Assembly (NCBI RefSeq): GCF_003144095.1
Contig: NZ_NSKH01000024.1
Span: forward strand, 201,198-265,197
Length of the DNA: 64,000 nucleotides
Source of the DNA: Streptomyces sp. ICBB 8177
GTDB lineage: Bacteria; Actinomycetota; Actinomycetes; Streptomycetales; Streptomycetaceae
Reading direction: 5' to 3'
In this document: positions 10,711 through 24,935 of the stretch, in pieces
How the letters are laid out: every line of letters begins with the position of its first letter
Position numbering within the stretch: the stretch's first letter is position 1
Made by a program: the position numbers and the translations under genes
Notes under the pieces: model-generated
Told to the model about the DNA's origin: nothing
Databases searched by the model: none
The model's input: the letters and a program-made list of their open reading frames with translations, nothing else

Positions 10711-11055
10711 TCAGAACGGCAGGCCGGGGATGCCGCCCCCGCCGCCCAGACCCTGGGCCAGCGGGCCGAGCTTCTGCTGCTGGAGCGCCTGCGCCGCCGC
10801 GTTGCCGTCGCGCACCGCGGCGAGGATCAGGTCGGCCAGCGTCTCGGTGTCGTCCGGGTCCACCGCGTCGGGCGCGATCACCAGGCCGACCAGCTCGCCC
10901 GCCCCGCTGACGGTGGCCTTCACCAGCCCGCCGCCCGCGGTGCCCTCGACCTTCGCCTCGGCCAGCTCGGCCTGGGCGTCGGCGAGATCCTGCTGCATCT
11001 TCTGGGCCTGCTTGAGCAGCTGCTGCATGTTGGGCTGACCACCACCGGGGATCAC
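10711..11055 (-). CDS. ybaB: YbaB/EbfC family nucleoid-associated protein
   Basis: [24 protein letters not shown]... GTG start with an AGGAG RBS. The ORF track shows a longer N-terminal extension. Confidence 0.85.
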   Translation of the reverse strand: MIPGGGQPNMQQLLKQAQKMQQDLADAQAELAEAKVEGTAGGGLVKATVSGAGELVGLVIAPDAVDPDDTETLADLILAAVRDGNAAAQALQQQKLGPLAQGLGGGGGIPGLPF

Positions 11056-11347
11056 GGGTTCGCTCCTGCCGTACGACAACGTTCCAACGTATGCGGTAGG
11101 GCGAGCCTACGTGCTCCAACGGCGGAGCGCGCTACGCCGTGCGGAGGATCCAGCGCGGCGGAACGCGCGCCGTGCGCCCGCCCTTTCACCACCACTACCA
11201 GGAGTACGCCGACGGCATGGCGGCAGGGTCATCCCTTCGTCAACTTTCCCTTACCGACTGATGACGTTGACCGGCCGGCGGCTGATGGCGTTGACCGGGC
11301 GGGCACCGGCCGAGGGGTCGGCCGGGCGGGCGGGGCCCGGCCAGGGG

Positions 11348-13628
11348 TCACTCGTTGACGATCTCCTCGATCACCGTGGCGCCGAGCTCGCGGACGATCA
11401 GGTCGTGGCCGGTGAGCGCGGTGTCGTCGAGGTCGGGGTCGTCCTCCTCCGGGATGTCGTCCTCGATCGAGACGACCGGGGGCGGCTCCGGCGCGGAGGG
11501 CGCCGCGGAGCGCGACGGCTCGGGCCCGGACGACGGCTGCTGCGGCGGCTGCGGTCCCCGGGGCGGCCCGCTCGGGCCGGACTGCGCCGGGGGCGCGGAC
11601 GGCGCGAAGGAGGCGGAAGGGGCGGCGCCGGCCGGTCCCGCGGCGGACGGGCGCGACGGGCCGGGGAAGCCTCCGCCCTGCGGCCCGGAGGACCCGGACG
11701 GCCCGAAGCCTCCCTGGCCTCCCCCTCCCCCGCTGCCGCCAGACGGGTCGACCAGCGCCTCGATCTTCCACTCGACGTGCAGCAGGTCGTTGACCGCCTG
11801 GCGCAGGACGTCCTCGCTGCCGCCGCTGACGAAGCTGTCGCGGGCACCCGGGTTGGCGAACCCGAGCTGGAGCGTCGTCCCGTCGAACCCGACGACCTGC
11901 GCGTTCTGGCTCAGCAGGATCCAGGTGAAGCGGCGGCGGTTCTTGACCGCTTCGAGGATGTCGGGCCACATCTGGCGCACCCGGGACGGATCGCCCGCGA
12001 CAGCCCCGGCACCGCTCGGGGCAGGCGCCTGCCCGGACGCGGCCGTCGCGGGGGCGGGCGCCTGCGCGGGCGCCGCCGGGGACGACGGCGGCGCGGCCGG
12101 GGACGACGGCGGGGTGGCGGTGGGCCAGGCCCCCGGCGCGGGGCTCGGGGCGCCCCCGGAACCGGGCCGCGCGGCGGTCGGCCAGGCCCCGGGGACCCGG
12201 GCGGCGGAAGCGGCCGGGGCGTCCGCCGACGCCGTTGCGGCGGGAGCCGGAGGAGTGGGAGGAGCGTCGGCCGCCGGGACCGGGGCGGCCGGGGCGGCGG
12301 GCACGGCGGGCGCGGGAGGCGTGGCGGGGGCGGGCACCTGGCCCGGGCCGCCCGGAGCGGGCCGCACCGCCGCCCGGGCCTCCGCGGGGCCGTTCACCGA
12401 ACCGGTCGCCTGCGCGCCGCCGCCCGGCTCGGGCGCGTAACCCGTGGGCGCCGCGAGTCCACCCGCCAGGGCCTGCCGCTCCAGCCGGTCCAGCCGGGCG
12501 GCGACGGCGCGTTCGTCGCCGTAGGCGGCGGGCAGCAGCACGCGGGCGCAGATCAGCTCCAGTTGGAGGCGCGGCGAGGTGGCACCGCGCATCTCGGTCA
12601 GACCGGCGTTGACCAGGTCCGCGGCGCGGCTCAGCTCGGCGGCGCCGAAGACCGAGGCCTGGGCCGCCATCCGCTCGACCACGTCGGCCGGGGCGTCTAT
12701 CAACCCCTTCTCACCCGCGTCCGGGACGGCGGCCAGGATGACCAGGTCACGCAGCCGCTCCAGCAGGTCGGCGACGAAACGGCGCGGGTCGTGGCCGCCC
12801 TCGATGACGCGGTCGACGACCTCGAAGGCCGCCGCGCCGTCACCCGCGGCGAAGGCGTCCACCACGTCGTCCAGCAGCGCGCCGTCGGTGTAGCCGAGCA
12901 GCGCGGTGGCCATCGCGTACGTCACGCCGGACTCGCCCGCGCCGGCGAGCAGCTGGTCCATCACCGACATCGAGTCACGGACCGAGCCCGCACCGGCCCG
13001 GACGACCAGCGGGTACACGCCGTCCTCGACCGCGATGGCCTCCCGGGCGCAGACCTCGGCCAGGTAGTCGCGCAGCGTGCCCGGCGGGACCAGGCGGAAC
13101 GGGTAGTGGTGGGTGCGCGACCGGATCGTGCCGATGACCTTCTCCGGCTCGGTGGTCGCGAAGATGAACTTCAGGTGCTCCGGCGGCTCCTCGACGACCT
13201 TCAGCAGGGCGTTGAAGCCCGCCGAGGTGACCATGTGGGCCTCGTCGATGATGTAGATCTTGTACCGGCTGGACGCGGGCCCGAAGAAGGCCTTCTCCCG
13301 CAGGTCGCGCGCGTCGTCCACGCCGCCGTGCGACGCGGCGTCGATCTCGATGACGTCGATCGAGCCCGGCCCGTTGCGCGCCAGGTCGCGGCAGGAACGG
13401 CACTCGCCGCACGGCGTCGGCGTGGGCCCCTGCTCGCAGTTCAGGCACCGGGCGAGGATCCGCGCGCTGGTCGTCTTGCCGCAGCCGCGCGGACCGCTGA
13501 ACAGGTACGCGTGGTTGACCCGGTTGTTGCGCAGCGCCTGCGACAACGGGTCGGTGACGTGCTCCTGCCCGATGACCTCGGCGAAGGACTCGGGACGGTA
13601 GCGGCGGTACAGAGCGAGAGACACGCTT
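11348..13628 (-). CDS. dnaX: DNA polymerase III subunits gamma/tau
   Basis: VSLALYRRYRPESFAEVIGQEHV...GPRGCGKTTSARILA...C-x2-C-x-C zinc module. Long Pro/Ala-rich tau linker. GTG start chosen at the conserved N-terminus; the ORF track's extra 5' extension is probably not translated. Confidence 0.88.
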
Positions 13629-13767
13629 ACGACGATATCGGGGCCCACCGACAACCGGCGCCGTCCGAGGCGGCCACCCGTCCGGCCCGGGCCCGCTCCC
13701 CGTGCCGGACGCCCTGCCCTCACTCGGACGAGTGGTTGTTTGTATGACCATTGGCGACACGGAGTAA

Positions 13768-16746
<2,979 letters not shown>

Positions 16747-16762
16747 CGCCGCCCCGGCGCGC

Positions 16763-17380
16763 CTACTCGGCGGGCTCGGCGGACTTCGCGGGGCTCGCGG
16801 ACTTCGCCGCCTTGGCCGCGCGCTTGGCCTCCTGCTTGAAGGCGCGCACCTTGGCGAGCGACTCGGGTCCTGTGATGTCGGCGGCCGAGCGGTACGAGCC
16901 GTGCTCGCCGTAGGGTCCGGCCGCCTCGCGCCAGCCGGGCGGGGTCACGCCGTACTGCTTGCCCAGCAGCGCCAGGAAGATCTGCGCCTTCTGCCTGCCG
17001 AAGCCGGGCAGGGCGTTGAGCCTGGCGAGCAGGTCCCTGCCGGAGGCGGCGTCGCGCCAGACGGCGGCGGCGTCGCCGTCGTAGTGCTCGACGAGGTACT
17101 GGCACAGCTGCTGCACGCGCTTGGCCATCGAGCCCGGGTAGCGGTGCACCGCGGGCTTGGCGGAGAGCAGGGCGGCGAACGCCTCGGGGTCTTCGGCGGC
17201 GATGCGGTGCGCGTCCAGGTCGTCGTCGCCGAGCCGGCGGGCGATGGTGTACGGGCCGGAGAACGCCCACTCCATCGGCACCTGCTGGTCCAGCAGCATG
17301 CCGGTGAGCGCCGCCAGCGGGCTGCGGCCGAGCAGCGCGTCCGCGGCGGGGTCCTGGGCGAGGTGGATCGTGTGGTTCAT
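16763..17380 (-). CDS. HhH-GPD family base-excision DNA repair protein
   Basis: LNALPGFGRQKAQIFLALL helix-hairpin-helix/GPD signature. Lys-rich C-terminal tail. Confidence 0.7.
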   Translation of the reverse strand: MNHTIHLAQDPAADALLGRSPLAALTGMLLDQQVPMEWAFSGPYTIARRLGDDDLDAHRIAAEDPEAFAALLSAKPAVHRYPGSMAKRVQQLCQYLVEHYDGDAAAVWRDAASGRDLLARLNALPGFGRQKAQIFLALLGKQYGVTPPGWREAAGPYGEHGSYRSAADITGPESLAKVRAFKQEAKRAAKAAKSASPAKSAEPAE

Positions 17381-17440
17381 ACCGCCGATGATCCCCTCGC
17401 CCGGGCCCCGCCGCAGCCGCTGCGGCGGTCGGCGCGGCGG

Positions 17441-19069
17441 TCAGCCGACGTTCAGCGCGGTGTCGTCGATGACGAACGAGGTCTGCTTCTGCGAGTCCTC
17501 GGTGCCGGTGAACCTCACGGTGACCGTCTGGCCCGCGTAGCCGCTCAGGTCGAAGGTGCGCTGGGTGTAGCCGCTCGCCGCGTTCAGGTTCGAGTACGTG
17601 GCGAGGGTGCCCAGCACGCTGCCGGAGCTGTTGACCACCTGGGCCTTGAGGGTGTCGTACGCGGTCGAGGAGGTGGTCTCCGCGGTGTCGATGTGCAGCC
17701 AGAAGGACAGGCTCGCCGAGCAGCCGGACGGAATGGTGACCGTCTGCGCGAGCGTCGCGGTGTTGGCGTCGCCGTAGCCGTTGAGCCAGGCCTTGTAGGA
17801 GCCGGAGTGGGCGGGCTCCTTGCTGCTGTTGGTGATGACGCCGCTGGTGGCCGTCCAGCCCGTGTTGCCGGACTCGAAGCCGGGGTTGGCGAGCAGCTGG
17901 CCGGAGGAGCAGGTGCCCCCACCGCCGGTCGTGGTGCCGCCGGTCGTCGTCCCGCCCGTGGTCGTGCCACCGGTCGTGGTCCCGCCCGTGGTCGTGCCAC
18001 CGGTCGAGGTACCGCCGGTCGTCGTCCCGCCGCCGCCGGTCGCACCGGAGAGCCAGGCGGTGGCGTTCAGGGCCAGGGCGGCGTTGCTGGCGGTGTTCCA
18101 GCCGTCGTACAGCGTCTTGCCGGACTCGCCGGTTCCGTCGTCGATGGTCGAGCTGTCGCCCCAGATCGCCACCCGGCCGGAGCCGAAGGTGGAGGTGGCG
18201 AAGAACGCGCCGGTGTCACCGCTGTAACCGGTGCGGTAGACCAGGCCCTTGACCGAGGAGTTGTCGGACGGCTTGAGGGTGAAGGTCGTGCCGTCGTTGA
18301 TGGAGCTTCCGGCCACCGCGCCGAACGGGCCGTTGAGCACCGGGTCGCTGGGGTCGCTGATCGCCTTGGGGCTGTCGGAGCTGATGTCGAGCAGGTCGAC
18401 GGAGAACCCGAACGGGTCGGAGGAGTCGACGCTGTTGTTGGTCATCAGGTCGTTGATGATCTTCGGCGAGTCGGCGCCGTCGTTGTTGCGGTCGCTGCCG
18501 TTGTGGTCGGAGATCAGGAAGAGCCCGCCGCCGTTGCGCACGAACTCCATCAGCGCGGTCTTCTCCGCCGAGGTGAGCAGGATGTTGGGCTCGGGCAGGA
18601 CGAAGGCGTCGAAGTTCTTCAGGTCCAGCGCGCCGGAGGTGCCGTAGGTGATGCTGTCGCCGGACGGCAGGGTGTCGAGCGTGTAGTCGCCGGTCTTCTG
18701 GAGGGCGACGCCCCAGGAGGAGATGGCGCCGGTCCAGTCCGTCTCCTTGGTGGGGTCGGGGTTCTGGGCCGTCGGGTCCGGCTGGCTGGTGCTGATGATC
18801 CAGTCGGCGTTGCCGGCCGTCTCCGCCTTGGTGTCGTCGAACAGCACGCGGCGGGTGCCGCTGGAGGCGGCGGGCCTGGCGGCCGTGCCGTCCGTGTGGG
18901 CTCTCGACGCCGCCTGTGCCGCGAGGCTGGTGCGCGGGGTCGCCGCGTCGGCCTGCTGCACGGCCGCGCAGGCGGCGGCCACGGCCACGGCGGCCAGCGC
19001 GCCGACGACGCGCCGGGAGGGTCGAGCCGGTCGAGCCGGTCGGGCCGTGGGTCTGATGGGTCCGGGCAT
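17441..19069 (-). CDS. Secreted protein: signal peptide, unknown N-domain, (GGTTT)n linker, C-terminal CBM4/9-like carbohydrate-binding domain
   Basis: N-terminal Ala-rich signal peptide. [17 protein letters not shown] linker. C-terminal [11 protein letters not shown] motif typical of CBM_4_9-like beta-sandwich domains. Confidence 0.6.
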   Translation of the reverse strand: MPGPIRPTARPARPARPSRRVVGALAAVAVAAACAAVQQADAATPRTSLAAQAASRAHTDGTAARPAASSGTRRVLFDDTKAETAGNADWIISTSQPDPTAQNPDPTKETDWTGAISSWGVALQKTGDYTLDTLPSGDSITYGTSGALDLKNFDAFVLPEPNILLTSAEKTALMEFVRNGGGLFLISDHNGSDRNNDGADSPKIINDLMTNNSVDSSDPFGFSVDLLDISSDSPKAISDPSDPVLNGPFGAVAGSSINDGTTFTLKPSDNSSVKGLVYRTGYSGDTGAFFATSTFGSGRVAIWGDSSTIDDGTGESGKTLYDGWNTASNAALALNATAWLSGATGGGGTTTGGTSTGGTTTGGTTTGGTTTGGTTTGGTTTGGGGTCSSGQLLANPGFESGNTGWTATSGVITNSSKEPAHSGSYKAWLNGYGDANTATLAQTVTIPSGCSASLSFWLHIDTAETTSSTAYDTLKAQVVNSSGSVLGTLATYSNLNAASGYTQRTFDLSGYAGQTVTVRFTGTEDSQKQTSFVIDDTALNVG

Positions 19070-19310
19070 CCGTCATACCTTCCGTGTGGGGTGGTAGGTG
19101 GCGGTGCGGGTGCGAAGGGGATTCTTCGCGCGTAGAACGTGGGGTGGGCTGCCCCGCGTCGACGAGCGGGTGAAACGTACATGACAATCTGCCCACGGGA
19201 CAACGCTTCCGCACCCACCCCACAGGTTCGGCGGCAGGCCCCGCGGGGGCGAGGAGCGGCCCCCTCCGGGGCGAGGCGGGCCGGACGCGGCCGGACCCAC
19301 CCGGCCCGCG

Positions 19311-21053
19311 CTACGCCGTCGTCGGAGGGTCGGTCGCGGCGAGCGGGAGGCTGACCCGGAAGACCGCGCCGCTGCCCGGGGCGGTCTCCAGGTCCACCCG
19401 GCCGTGGTGGGCGGTGACCAGCGCGGAGACGATGGCCAGACCAAGACCCGCGCCGCCGCCCTCCTGGCGGCTGCGGGAGGCGTCGACCCGGTAGAAGCGC
19501 TCGAAGACCCGGGCCGCCTGTTGCGGCGTCAGCCCCGGCCCCTCGTCGGCGACCTCCAGCACGCCGCGGCCGGCCACCGTACCCACTCCGATCCGCACCG
19601 GCGTGCCCTTCGGGGTGTGCGCGACGGCGTTGCCGACCAGGTTGGCGATCACCTGCCGCAGCCGTGCCTCGTCGCCCAGCACGAGGGCGGGACCGGGCGG
19701 GGCGCCGTCGCCGCCGGGGCCGGTCAGGGCGACCGGGCGGGTCGCGTCCAGCGCGGTCGTGTCGTGCAGCGCGTCGGCGGCCAGGGTGCGCAGGTCCATC
19801 GGGGCCAGTTGCAGGGGGCGTTGCTCGTCCATCCGGGCCAGCGTCAGCAGGTCCTCGACCAGCCCGCCCATCCGCACCGCCTCGCTCTCGATGCGGGCCA
19901 TCGTGCGCTTGACGTCCGCCTCCTCGCTGAGCGCGCCCATGCGGTACAGCTCGGCGAAGCCGCGTATCCCGGCGAGCGGCGTGCGCAGCTCGTGGCTGGC
20001 GTCGGCGACGAACCGCCGCATCCGGTCCTCGGACTCGGCACGGGCGGCGAACGCGGACTCGATCTGCGCCAGCATCCCGTTCAGGGCGCTGGACAGGCGT
20101 CCGGCCTCGGTGCGCGGGGAGGCCTCGGGCATCCGGTGCGACAGCGGGCGCCCGGCGGCGATCTCGGCGGCCGTCGCCTCGATCCTGCGCAGCGGCCCGA
20201 GCCCCGCCCGTACCGCGAACCAGCCCGCGATCCCCAGCAGCGCCACGACGACCGCGCCGATCAGCAGGAACGCGGTGTGCAGACGCGAGGTCGTGGTGGT
20301 CACGTCGTCAAGTGAGGAGGCCACGACGACCCCGGCGGGCAGCCCGGTGGGTTCCTGCGCGGCGGCGGCCCCCACGGCGGCGTGACCCGACGCCTGAGGC
20401 GACGACGAGACCCCCGGCGACCCCGATGTCACCGCTGACGACGCCGACGCGTTCGACCCGTTCTCCGCCGCGCCGGAGGCCGCCGCGCCGAAGCCGGTCC
20501 CCCCTGAGGTGCCCGCGCCGCCGGGGGCCGTGGTCGCGTCCACCGGCAGGATCAGCACCCGCCAGCTGCCACCGCCGTGGTCGCTCGGCACGTCGAACGG
20601 CGCGTCCATGTGCGCCTTGAGCTGCGCCGCGTCCATCGTGGGCCACAGAGGGCGCGGGTCCCCGGCGGCGACCGGGTCGCGCAGTTGCTCGGCGATGCCG
20701 CCGTCCGCCGCGGCGAAGGCGACCACGTACTGGCTGGGCAGCCAGGCGCGCCCGCCGTCGCCGCGCACCCTCGGCTCGGGCACGCCCTCGACGGCGAGCC
20801 GGCGCGCAAGCGGCCGTCCGAAGCGCTCCAGCTGCTGGTCGACGCGCTGCACCAGCTTGCCCTGCACCGAGCCCAGCACCACCGTGTCGCTCACCGTCAG
20901 CCCCAGCGCGGCCAGCGCCAGCGACAGCAGCACCAACCGGGAACGCAGCGACAGCGCGGACGGCCGCGACGACGCGAGCAGCCGGCCCGCCTTCCGGCCG
21001 AGCAGCCCCAGCACGCCCGCCGAGCGGGGCGCCCGTACCGTTGACGCCGTCAC
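19311..21053 (-). CDS. Two-component sensor histidine kinase
   Basis: Two TM helices, HAMP, H-box [19 protein letters not shown], and HATPase_c motifs (GLGLAIV). Confidence 0.85.
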   Translation of the reverse strand: MTASTVRAPRSAGVLGLLGRKAGRLLASSRPSALSLRSRLVLLSLALAALGLTVSDTVVLGSVQGKLVQRVDQQLERFGRPLARRLAVEGVPEPRVRGDGGRAWLPSQYVVAFAAADGGIAEQLRDPVAAGDPRPLWPTMDAAQLKAHMDAPFDVPSDHGGGSWRVLILPVDATTAPGGAGTSGGTGFGAAASGAAENGSNASASSAVTSGSPGVSSSPQASGHAAVGAAAAQEPTGLPAGVVVASSLDDVTTTTSRLHTAFLLIGAVVVALLGIAGWFAVRAGLGPLRRIEATAAEIAAGRPLSHRMPEASPRTEAGRLSSALNGMLAQIESAFAARAESEDRMRRFVADASHELRTPLAGIRGFAELYRMGALSEEADVKRTMARIESEAVRMGGLVEDLLTLARMDEQRPLQLAPMDLRTLAADALHDTTALDATRPVALTGPGGDGAPPGPALVLGDEARLRQVIANLVGNAVAHTPKGTPVRIGVGTVAGRGVLEVADEGPGLTPQQAARVFERFYRVDASRSRQEGGGAGLGLAIVSALVTAHHGRVDLETAPGSGAVFRVSLPLAATDPPTTA

Positions 21054-21057
21054 CGCG

Positions 21058-21798
21058 TCAGCCCTGCGGCTTGCGCAGCACGTAGCCGATGCCGCGCACG
21101 GTGTGGATGAGCTTGGGCGCGCCGCCGTCGCCGGAGTCGACCTTGCGGCGCAGGTAGGAGATGTACGACTCGACGATGCTCAGGTCGCCGCCGAAGTCGT
21201 AGGCCCACACGTGGTCGAGGATCTGCGGCTTGGACACCACCCGGCCCGCGTTGGCCATCAGGTACTCCAGCAGCTTGAACTCGGTCGGCGACAGCGACAC
21301 CGGCCGGCCGCCGCGCAGCACCTGATGGCCCACCGGGTCCAGTTCCAGGTCGCCGACCACCAGCGTGCCGTCCTCCTCCGGCCCGCCGGTGCGGCGCAGG
21401 ATGGCCCGGATGCGGGCGATCAGCTCCTCCAGGCTGAACGGCTTGGTGACGTAGTCGTCGCCGCCCGCGGTCAGCCCGGAGACCTTGTCCTCCACGCCGT
21501 CCTTGGCGGTAAGGAAGATCACCGGGAGCCGGTCGCGGGCCGCCGCCGCGCTCCTGCCGTACGCGCCGGACTCCTCACGCAGCCGCCGCACCACCGCGAA
21601 GCCGTCCATGTCGGGCAGCATCACGTCCAGCACGACCAGGTCGGGCCGCTCCTTGGCGACCGCCGCGAGCGCCTCGTTCCCCGAGGCCGCCGAGGCGACC
21701 TTGAACCCGGCGAAGCGCAGGGAGGCGGAGAGCAGTTCCCTGATGTTGGGTTCGTCGTCCACGACCAGCAGGCTGGCCTCGGGTGCGGATGCGTCCAT
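21058..21798 (-). CDS. OmpR-family response regulator
   Basis: LLVVDDEPNIRELL receiver domain and a winged-helix output domain (LSPTEFKLLEYL...GYVLRKP). ATG chosen at MDASAPE. Confidence 0.85.
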   Translation of the reverse strand: MDASAPEASLLVVDDEPNIRELLSASLRFAGFKVASAASGNEALAAVAKERPDLVVLDVMLPDMDGFAVVRRLREESGAYGRSAAAARDRLPVIFLTAKDGVEDKVSGLTAGGDDYVTKPFSLEELIARIRAILRRTGGPEEDGTLVVGDLELDPVGHQVLRGGRPVSLSPTEFKLLEYLMANAGRVVSKPQILDHVWAYDFGGDLSIVESYISYLRRKVDSGDGGAPKLIHTVRGIGYVLRKPQG

Positions 21799-21934
21799 GG
21801 TCGTTGCGGCCCCTGGGGAGATTGCGGGCGTGGGTCGCGCGCGGTCGGTACGGGCGAGCGCACGGTACGCCCGCAGTCTTTGGAATCCCTGAGACGTCCT
21901 CGGTGCCTGCGACGTCCATACCTGAAACGTCGCG

Positions 21935-22753
21935 TCAGCCGTTGCCGCCGCCGGAGGCACCGGCGCCCGTGCCGCCCCCACCGCCGAAGCCGCCACCACC
22001 GAACCCACCACCGCCGAAGCCGGTGCTCGCGCCCTCGGTGACCGTCGTCGCCGCGATGTCGCCGGAGGAGTCCTGGGTGCCGCGCACGGTGACGGTCTGG
22101 CCGGGCTGGAGGTCGGACGTCCTGCCCGGCTTCGCCTCGGTCACCTGGGTGGACTTGCCGGTGGTGACCTTCACGATGTCGCCCTGGGCGTCGGTCACGT
22201 AGATCGTGCTGCCGTCGACCAGCTTCACCGTGCCCATGGTCAGGCCGGAGCCGGAACCGGAGCCGCTTCGGCCGGCGCCCGCGGAGGCACCGCTCCCGCC
22301 GAAGCGGCCCGCCGCACCGTAGGCACCCGTGCCGCTGCCGGTGCCCGTCGCTCCGCGCGCCCCGGCGGCGAACGTGCCGCCCGCGTGCCCGGAGCCGTTC
22401 AGATCGCTCTTCTCCACCAGCGCGCCGCCCGCGAACGCCAGCGCGGCGACCACCGCGCCGGACAGCGCCAGCGTCAGCCACGGCAGCTTGCGGCGCGGCG
22501 GCGCGGCCAGTTCGGCGGAGATGTCGCGGGCGTCCGGCGGCTCGGCGAGGACCGACTCCGGGTCGGTGACCGGCTCGACCGCGGTGGCGACCACGCCCGC
22601 GTCGTCCATCGTGGCGAGCACGGCGGTGGGCTCTCCCCCGGTTTCGTTCCTGGGTTCGTCCCTGGATTCGTCCCTGGGTTCGTCGAGCAAGGTGTCGGAC
22701 GGCGCCGGGTGGTGGGCGTCCGCCTTCACGAGATCGGTGCGGCGTCGGGCCAT
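21935..22753 (-). CDS. Membrane-anchored hypothetical protein with a DUF5666-like beta domain and Gly-rich repeats
   Basis: One TM helix, then TVKLVDGSTIYVTDAQGDIVKVTTGKSTQVT, flanked by GGFGGGG repeats. Sits upstream of the response regulator. Confidence 0.5.
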   Translation of the reverse strand: MARRRTDLVKADAHHPAPSDTLLDEPRDESRDEPRNETGGEPTAVLATMDDAGVVATAVEPVTDPESVLAEPPDARDISAELAAPPRRKLPWLTLALSGAVVAALAFAGGALVEKSDLNGSGHAGGTFAAGARGATGTGSGTGAYGAAGRFGGSGASAGAGRSGSGSGSGLTMGTVKLVDGSTIYVTDAQGDIVKVTTGKSTQVTEAKPGRTSDLQPGQTVTVRGTQDSSGDIAATTVTEGASTGFGGGGFGGGGFGGGGGTGAGASGGGNG

Positions 22754-22842
22754 GTCCGGTTCTCCTGTCCGTACGGGAGTCGAGTCGTCGAGTCGTGAGG
22801 AAGGGATGGAGGGGTGGTGGTCGCAGGCCTGCGGCGGCGCCG

Positions 22843-24054
22843 CTACTCGTGCCGCAGTGCCTCGATCGGCCGCAGGCTCGCCGCCCGGTTGGCGGGGTAG
22901 CTGCCGAAGAACAGCCCGATCGCGACGGCGATGGCGAACGCGCCGACCACCGACTCCGGGATGACCACCGGCGTGATGCCCACGATCTTGAAGCGGGAGC
23001 CGAGCAGGCCCACGGCCACACCGAGTCCGCCGCCGATCAGCGACAGCAGCGTCGACTCGGCGAGGAACTGGCCGAGGATGACGCCCTTGGGCGCGCCGAT
23101 CGCCTTGCGGATGCCGATCTCACGGGTCCGTTCTGCGACGGTGACCAGCATGATGTTGGTGATGCCGATGCCGCCGACCAGCAGCGAGATCGCGGCGACC
23201 GCGCCCAGCAGCACGGTGAACGTCTGGTTGGTGGACGCCTGCGTGGTCAGCAGCGACGCCTGGTTGCTGACCTGGAAGTCCAGCGCGGTCGGGTCGCTGA
23301 TGCCGTGCTGGCCCATCAGCACCGTGGTGATCTCGTTCTGCGCGGCGGTCGTCGCGGAGGCCGACTTCGCCTCGACCAGGATCTGGTTGAGCGAACCGAA
23401 GCCGGTGAACGCGTTCTGCACGGTCGGCAGCGGCGCGACCACCACGTCGTCCGGGTCCTGGAACCCGGTGCCGCCCTTGGTCTCCAGGACGCCGACCACG
23501 GTGAACGGCGTGCCGCCGAGCACCATCTGCTTGCCGACCGGGTTCACCGTGCCGAACACGTCGGTGGCCGTGGTCGAGCCGATCACCGCGACCTTGCGGG
23601 AGCCCAGCACGTCGTCGTCGCTGAAGTAGTCGCCCTTGGCGACCTTGCTGTTGGACGCCTCGAAGTAGGCCGGGTAGGTGCCGACGACCTGGCTGACGGT
23701 GTGCGAGGTGCCCTGGTAGACCGCGGTCTGCGAGGTGGTGACCTCGGGCGCGACCGACTCGATGTCCGGCGCCTGCTTCGGGTCGGCCAGCGCCTTGGCG
23801 TCGTCCACGGTCAGCGGCTTGATCGTGGTCGCGGTGGACTGGCCGCCGAAGCCGCCGCCGGAGGTGACGGTCAGCGAGTTGGTGCCCAGCTTCTCGATGG
23901 AGTCCTTGACCGCCTGCGACGAGCCGTTGCCCACCGCCAGCAGCAGGATGACCGCGGCGACACCGATGAGCACCCCGAGCATGGTCAGCGCGGAACGCAC
24001 CTTGTTCGCCGCCAGGCCCGCCACGGCGAACCGCAGCGTCTGCAACGGATTCAT
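22843..24054 (-). CDS. ABC transporter permease (FtsX/MacB family)
   Basis: N-terminal TM helix, large periplasmic domain, and C-terminal FtsX 3-TM bundle (TREIGIRKAIGA). Start overlaps the ATPase stop (ATGA). Confidence 0.85.
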   Translation of the reverse strand: MNPLQTLRFAVAGLAANKVRSALTMLGVLIGVAAVILLLAVGNGSSQAVKDSIEKLGTNSLTVTSGGGFGGQSTATTIKPLTVDDAKALADPKQAPDIESVAPEVTTSQTAVYQGTSHTVSQVVGTYPAYFEASNSKVAKGDYFSDDDVLGSRKVAVIGSTTATDVFGTVNPVGKQMVLGGTPFTVVGVLETKGGTGFQDPDDVVVAPLPTVQNAFTGFGSLNQILVEAKSASATTAAQNEITTVLMGQHGISDPTALDFQVSNQASLLTTQASTNQTFTVLLGAVAAISLLVGGIGITNIMLVTVAERTREIGIRKAIGAPKGVILGQFLAESTLLSLIGGGLGVAVGLLGSRFKIVGITPVVIPESVVGAFAIAVAIGLFFGSYPANRAASLRPIEALRHE

Positions 24055-24935
24055 CGCCCGCCTCCCGGGGCCGCCGCGAAGGCGGCGGGATCACGCAGCG
24101 CGGGCGGTGGTCCGTCCACCGGCGCCTGCCGTACGTCGTCCACCACGCGGCCGTCGACCAGCCGCAGCACCCGCTTGGCGTGCCGGGCCACCTCGTCCTC
24201 GTGGGTGATCAACACGACCGTGCGGCCGGACGCGTTGAGCCGGTCGATGATGGCCAGCACCTCCTCGGTGCTGCGGCTGTCGAGGTTGCCGGTCGGCTCG
24301 TCGGCCAGCAGCATCGCGGGCGCGGTGACCAGGGCGCGGGCGACCGCCACGCGCTGCTGCTGGCCGCCGGACAGCTCGTTGGGGCGGTGGTCCATCCGGT
24401 CGCCGAGACCCACCAGGGTCAGCGCCGCCTCGGCCCGCCGCCGGCGTTCCGCGGACCTCACCCCGGCGTACGCCAGCGGCAGTTCGACCTGGTCGAGCGC
24501 GGGAGTGCGCGGGATCAGGTTGAACGACTGGAAGACGAAGCCGATCTTTCGGTTGCGCACCAGCGACAACTGGTGCTCGTCCAGCCCGCCGACGTCGATG
24601 CCGTCCAGCAGGTAGCGGCCGTGGCTGGGCACGTCGAGACAGCCGAGGATGTTCATCAGCGTCGACTTGCCCGAGCCCGAACTTCCCATCACCGCCACGA
24701 AGTCGCCCTGCTCGACGGACAGGTCGACGCCGAGCGGCTCGCCGCCCTCCGGGTCGTCCGGGCCCTTCAGGGCGTGGACGGACGCCTCGCCGTGCCCGTA
24801 CACCTTGCGCAGCGCGCGTACCTCGATGACCGGCGGCGGGCCCCAAGGGCCTTGCGCGTCAAGGGAGTCGGGGACAGAGGCGGGCGCGGGCCCCGCGTCC
24901 GCGCCCCGGCGGCGCTGCCGCGCGGACCCGATCAT
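24051..24935 (-). CDS. ABC transporter ATP-binding protein (MacB-type)
   Basis: Walker A GSSGSGKST, signature LSGGQQQRVAVARAL, Walker B LLADEPTGNLD. Start overlaps the adaptor stop (ATGA). Has an approximately 9-aa insertion before the first conserved strand. Confidence 0.85.
   Translation of the reverse strand: MIGSARQRRRGADAGPAPASVPDSLDAQGPWGPPPVIEVRALRKVYGHGEASVHALKGPDDPEGGEPLGVDLSVEQGDFVAVMGSSGSGKSTLMNILGCLDVPSHGRYLLDGIDVGGLDEHQLSLVRNRKIGFVFQSFNLIPRTPALDQVELPLAYAGVRSAERRRRAEAALTLVGLGDRMDHRPNELSGGQQQRVAVARALVTAPAMLLADEPTGNLDSRSTEEVLAIIDRLNASGRTVVLITHEDEVARHAKRVLRLVDGRVVDDVRQAPVDGPPPALRDPAAFAAAPGGGR

Noticed and set aside
11111-13747. 878-aa plus-strand ORF across dnaX
   Set aside because: Antisense to dnaX with no recognisable motifs.
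16901-19135. 744-aa plus-strand ORF across the HhH-GPD and secreted-protein genes
   Set aside because: Antisense with low-complexity Gly/Arg/Ala sequence.
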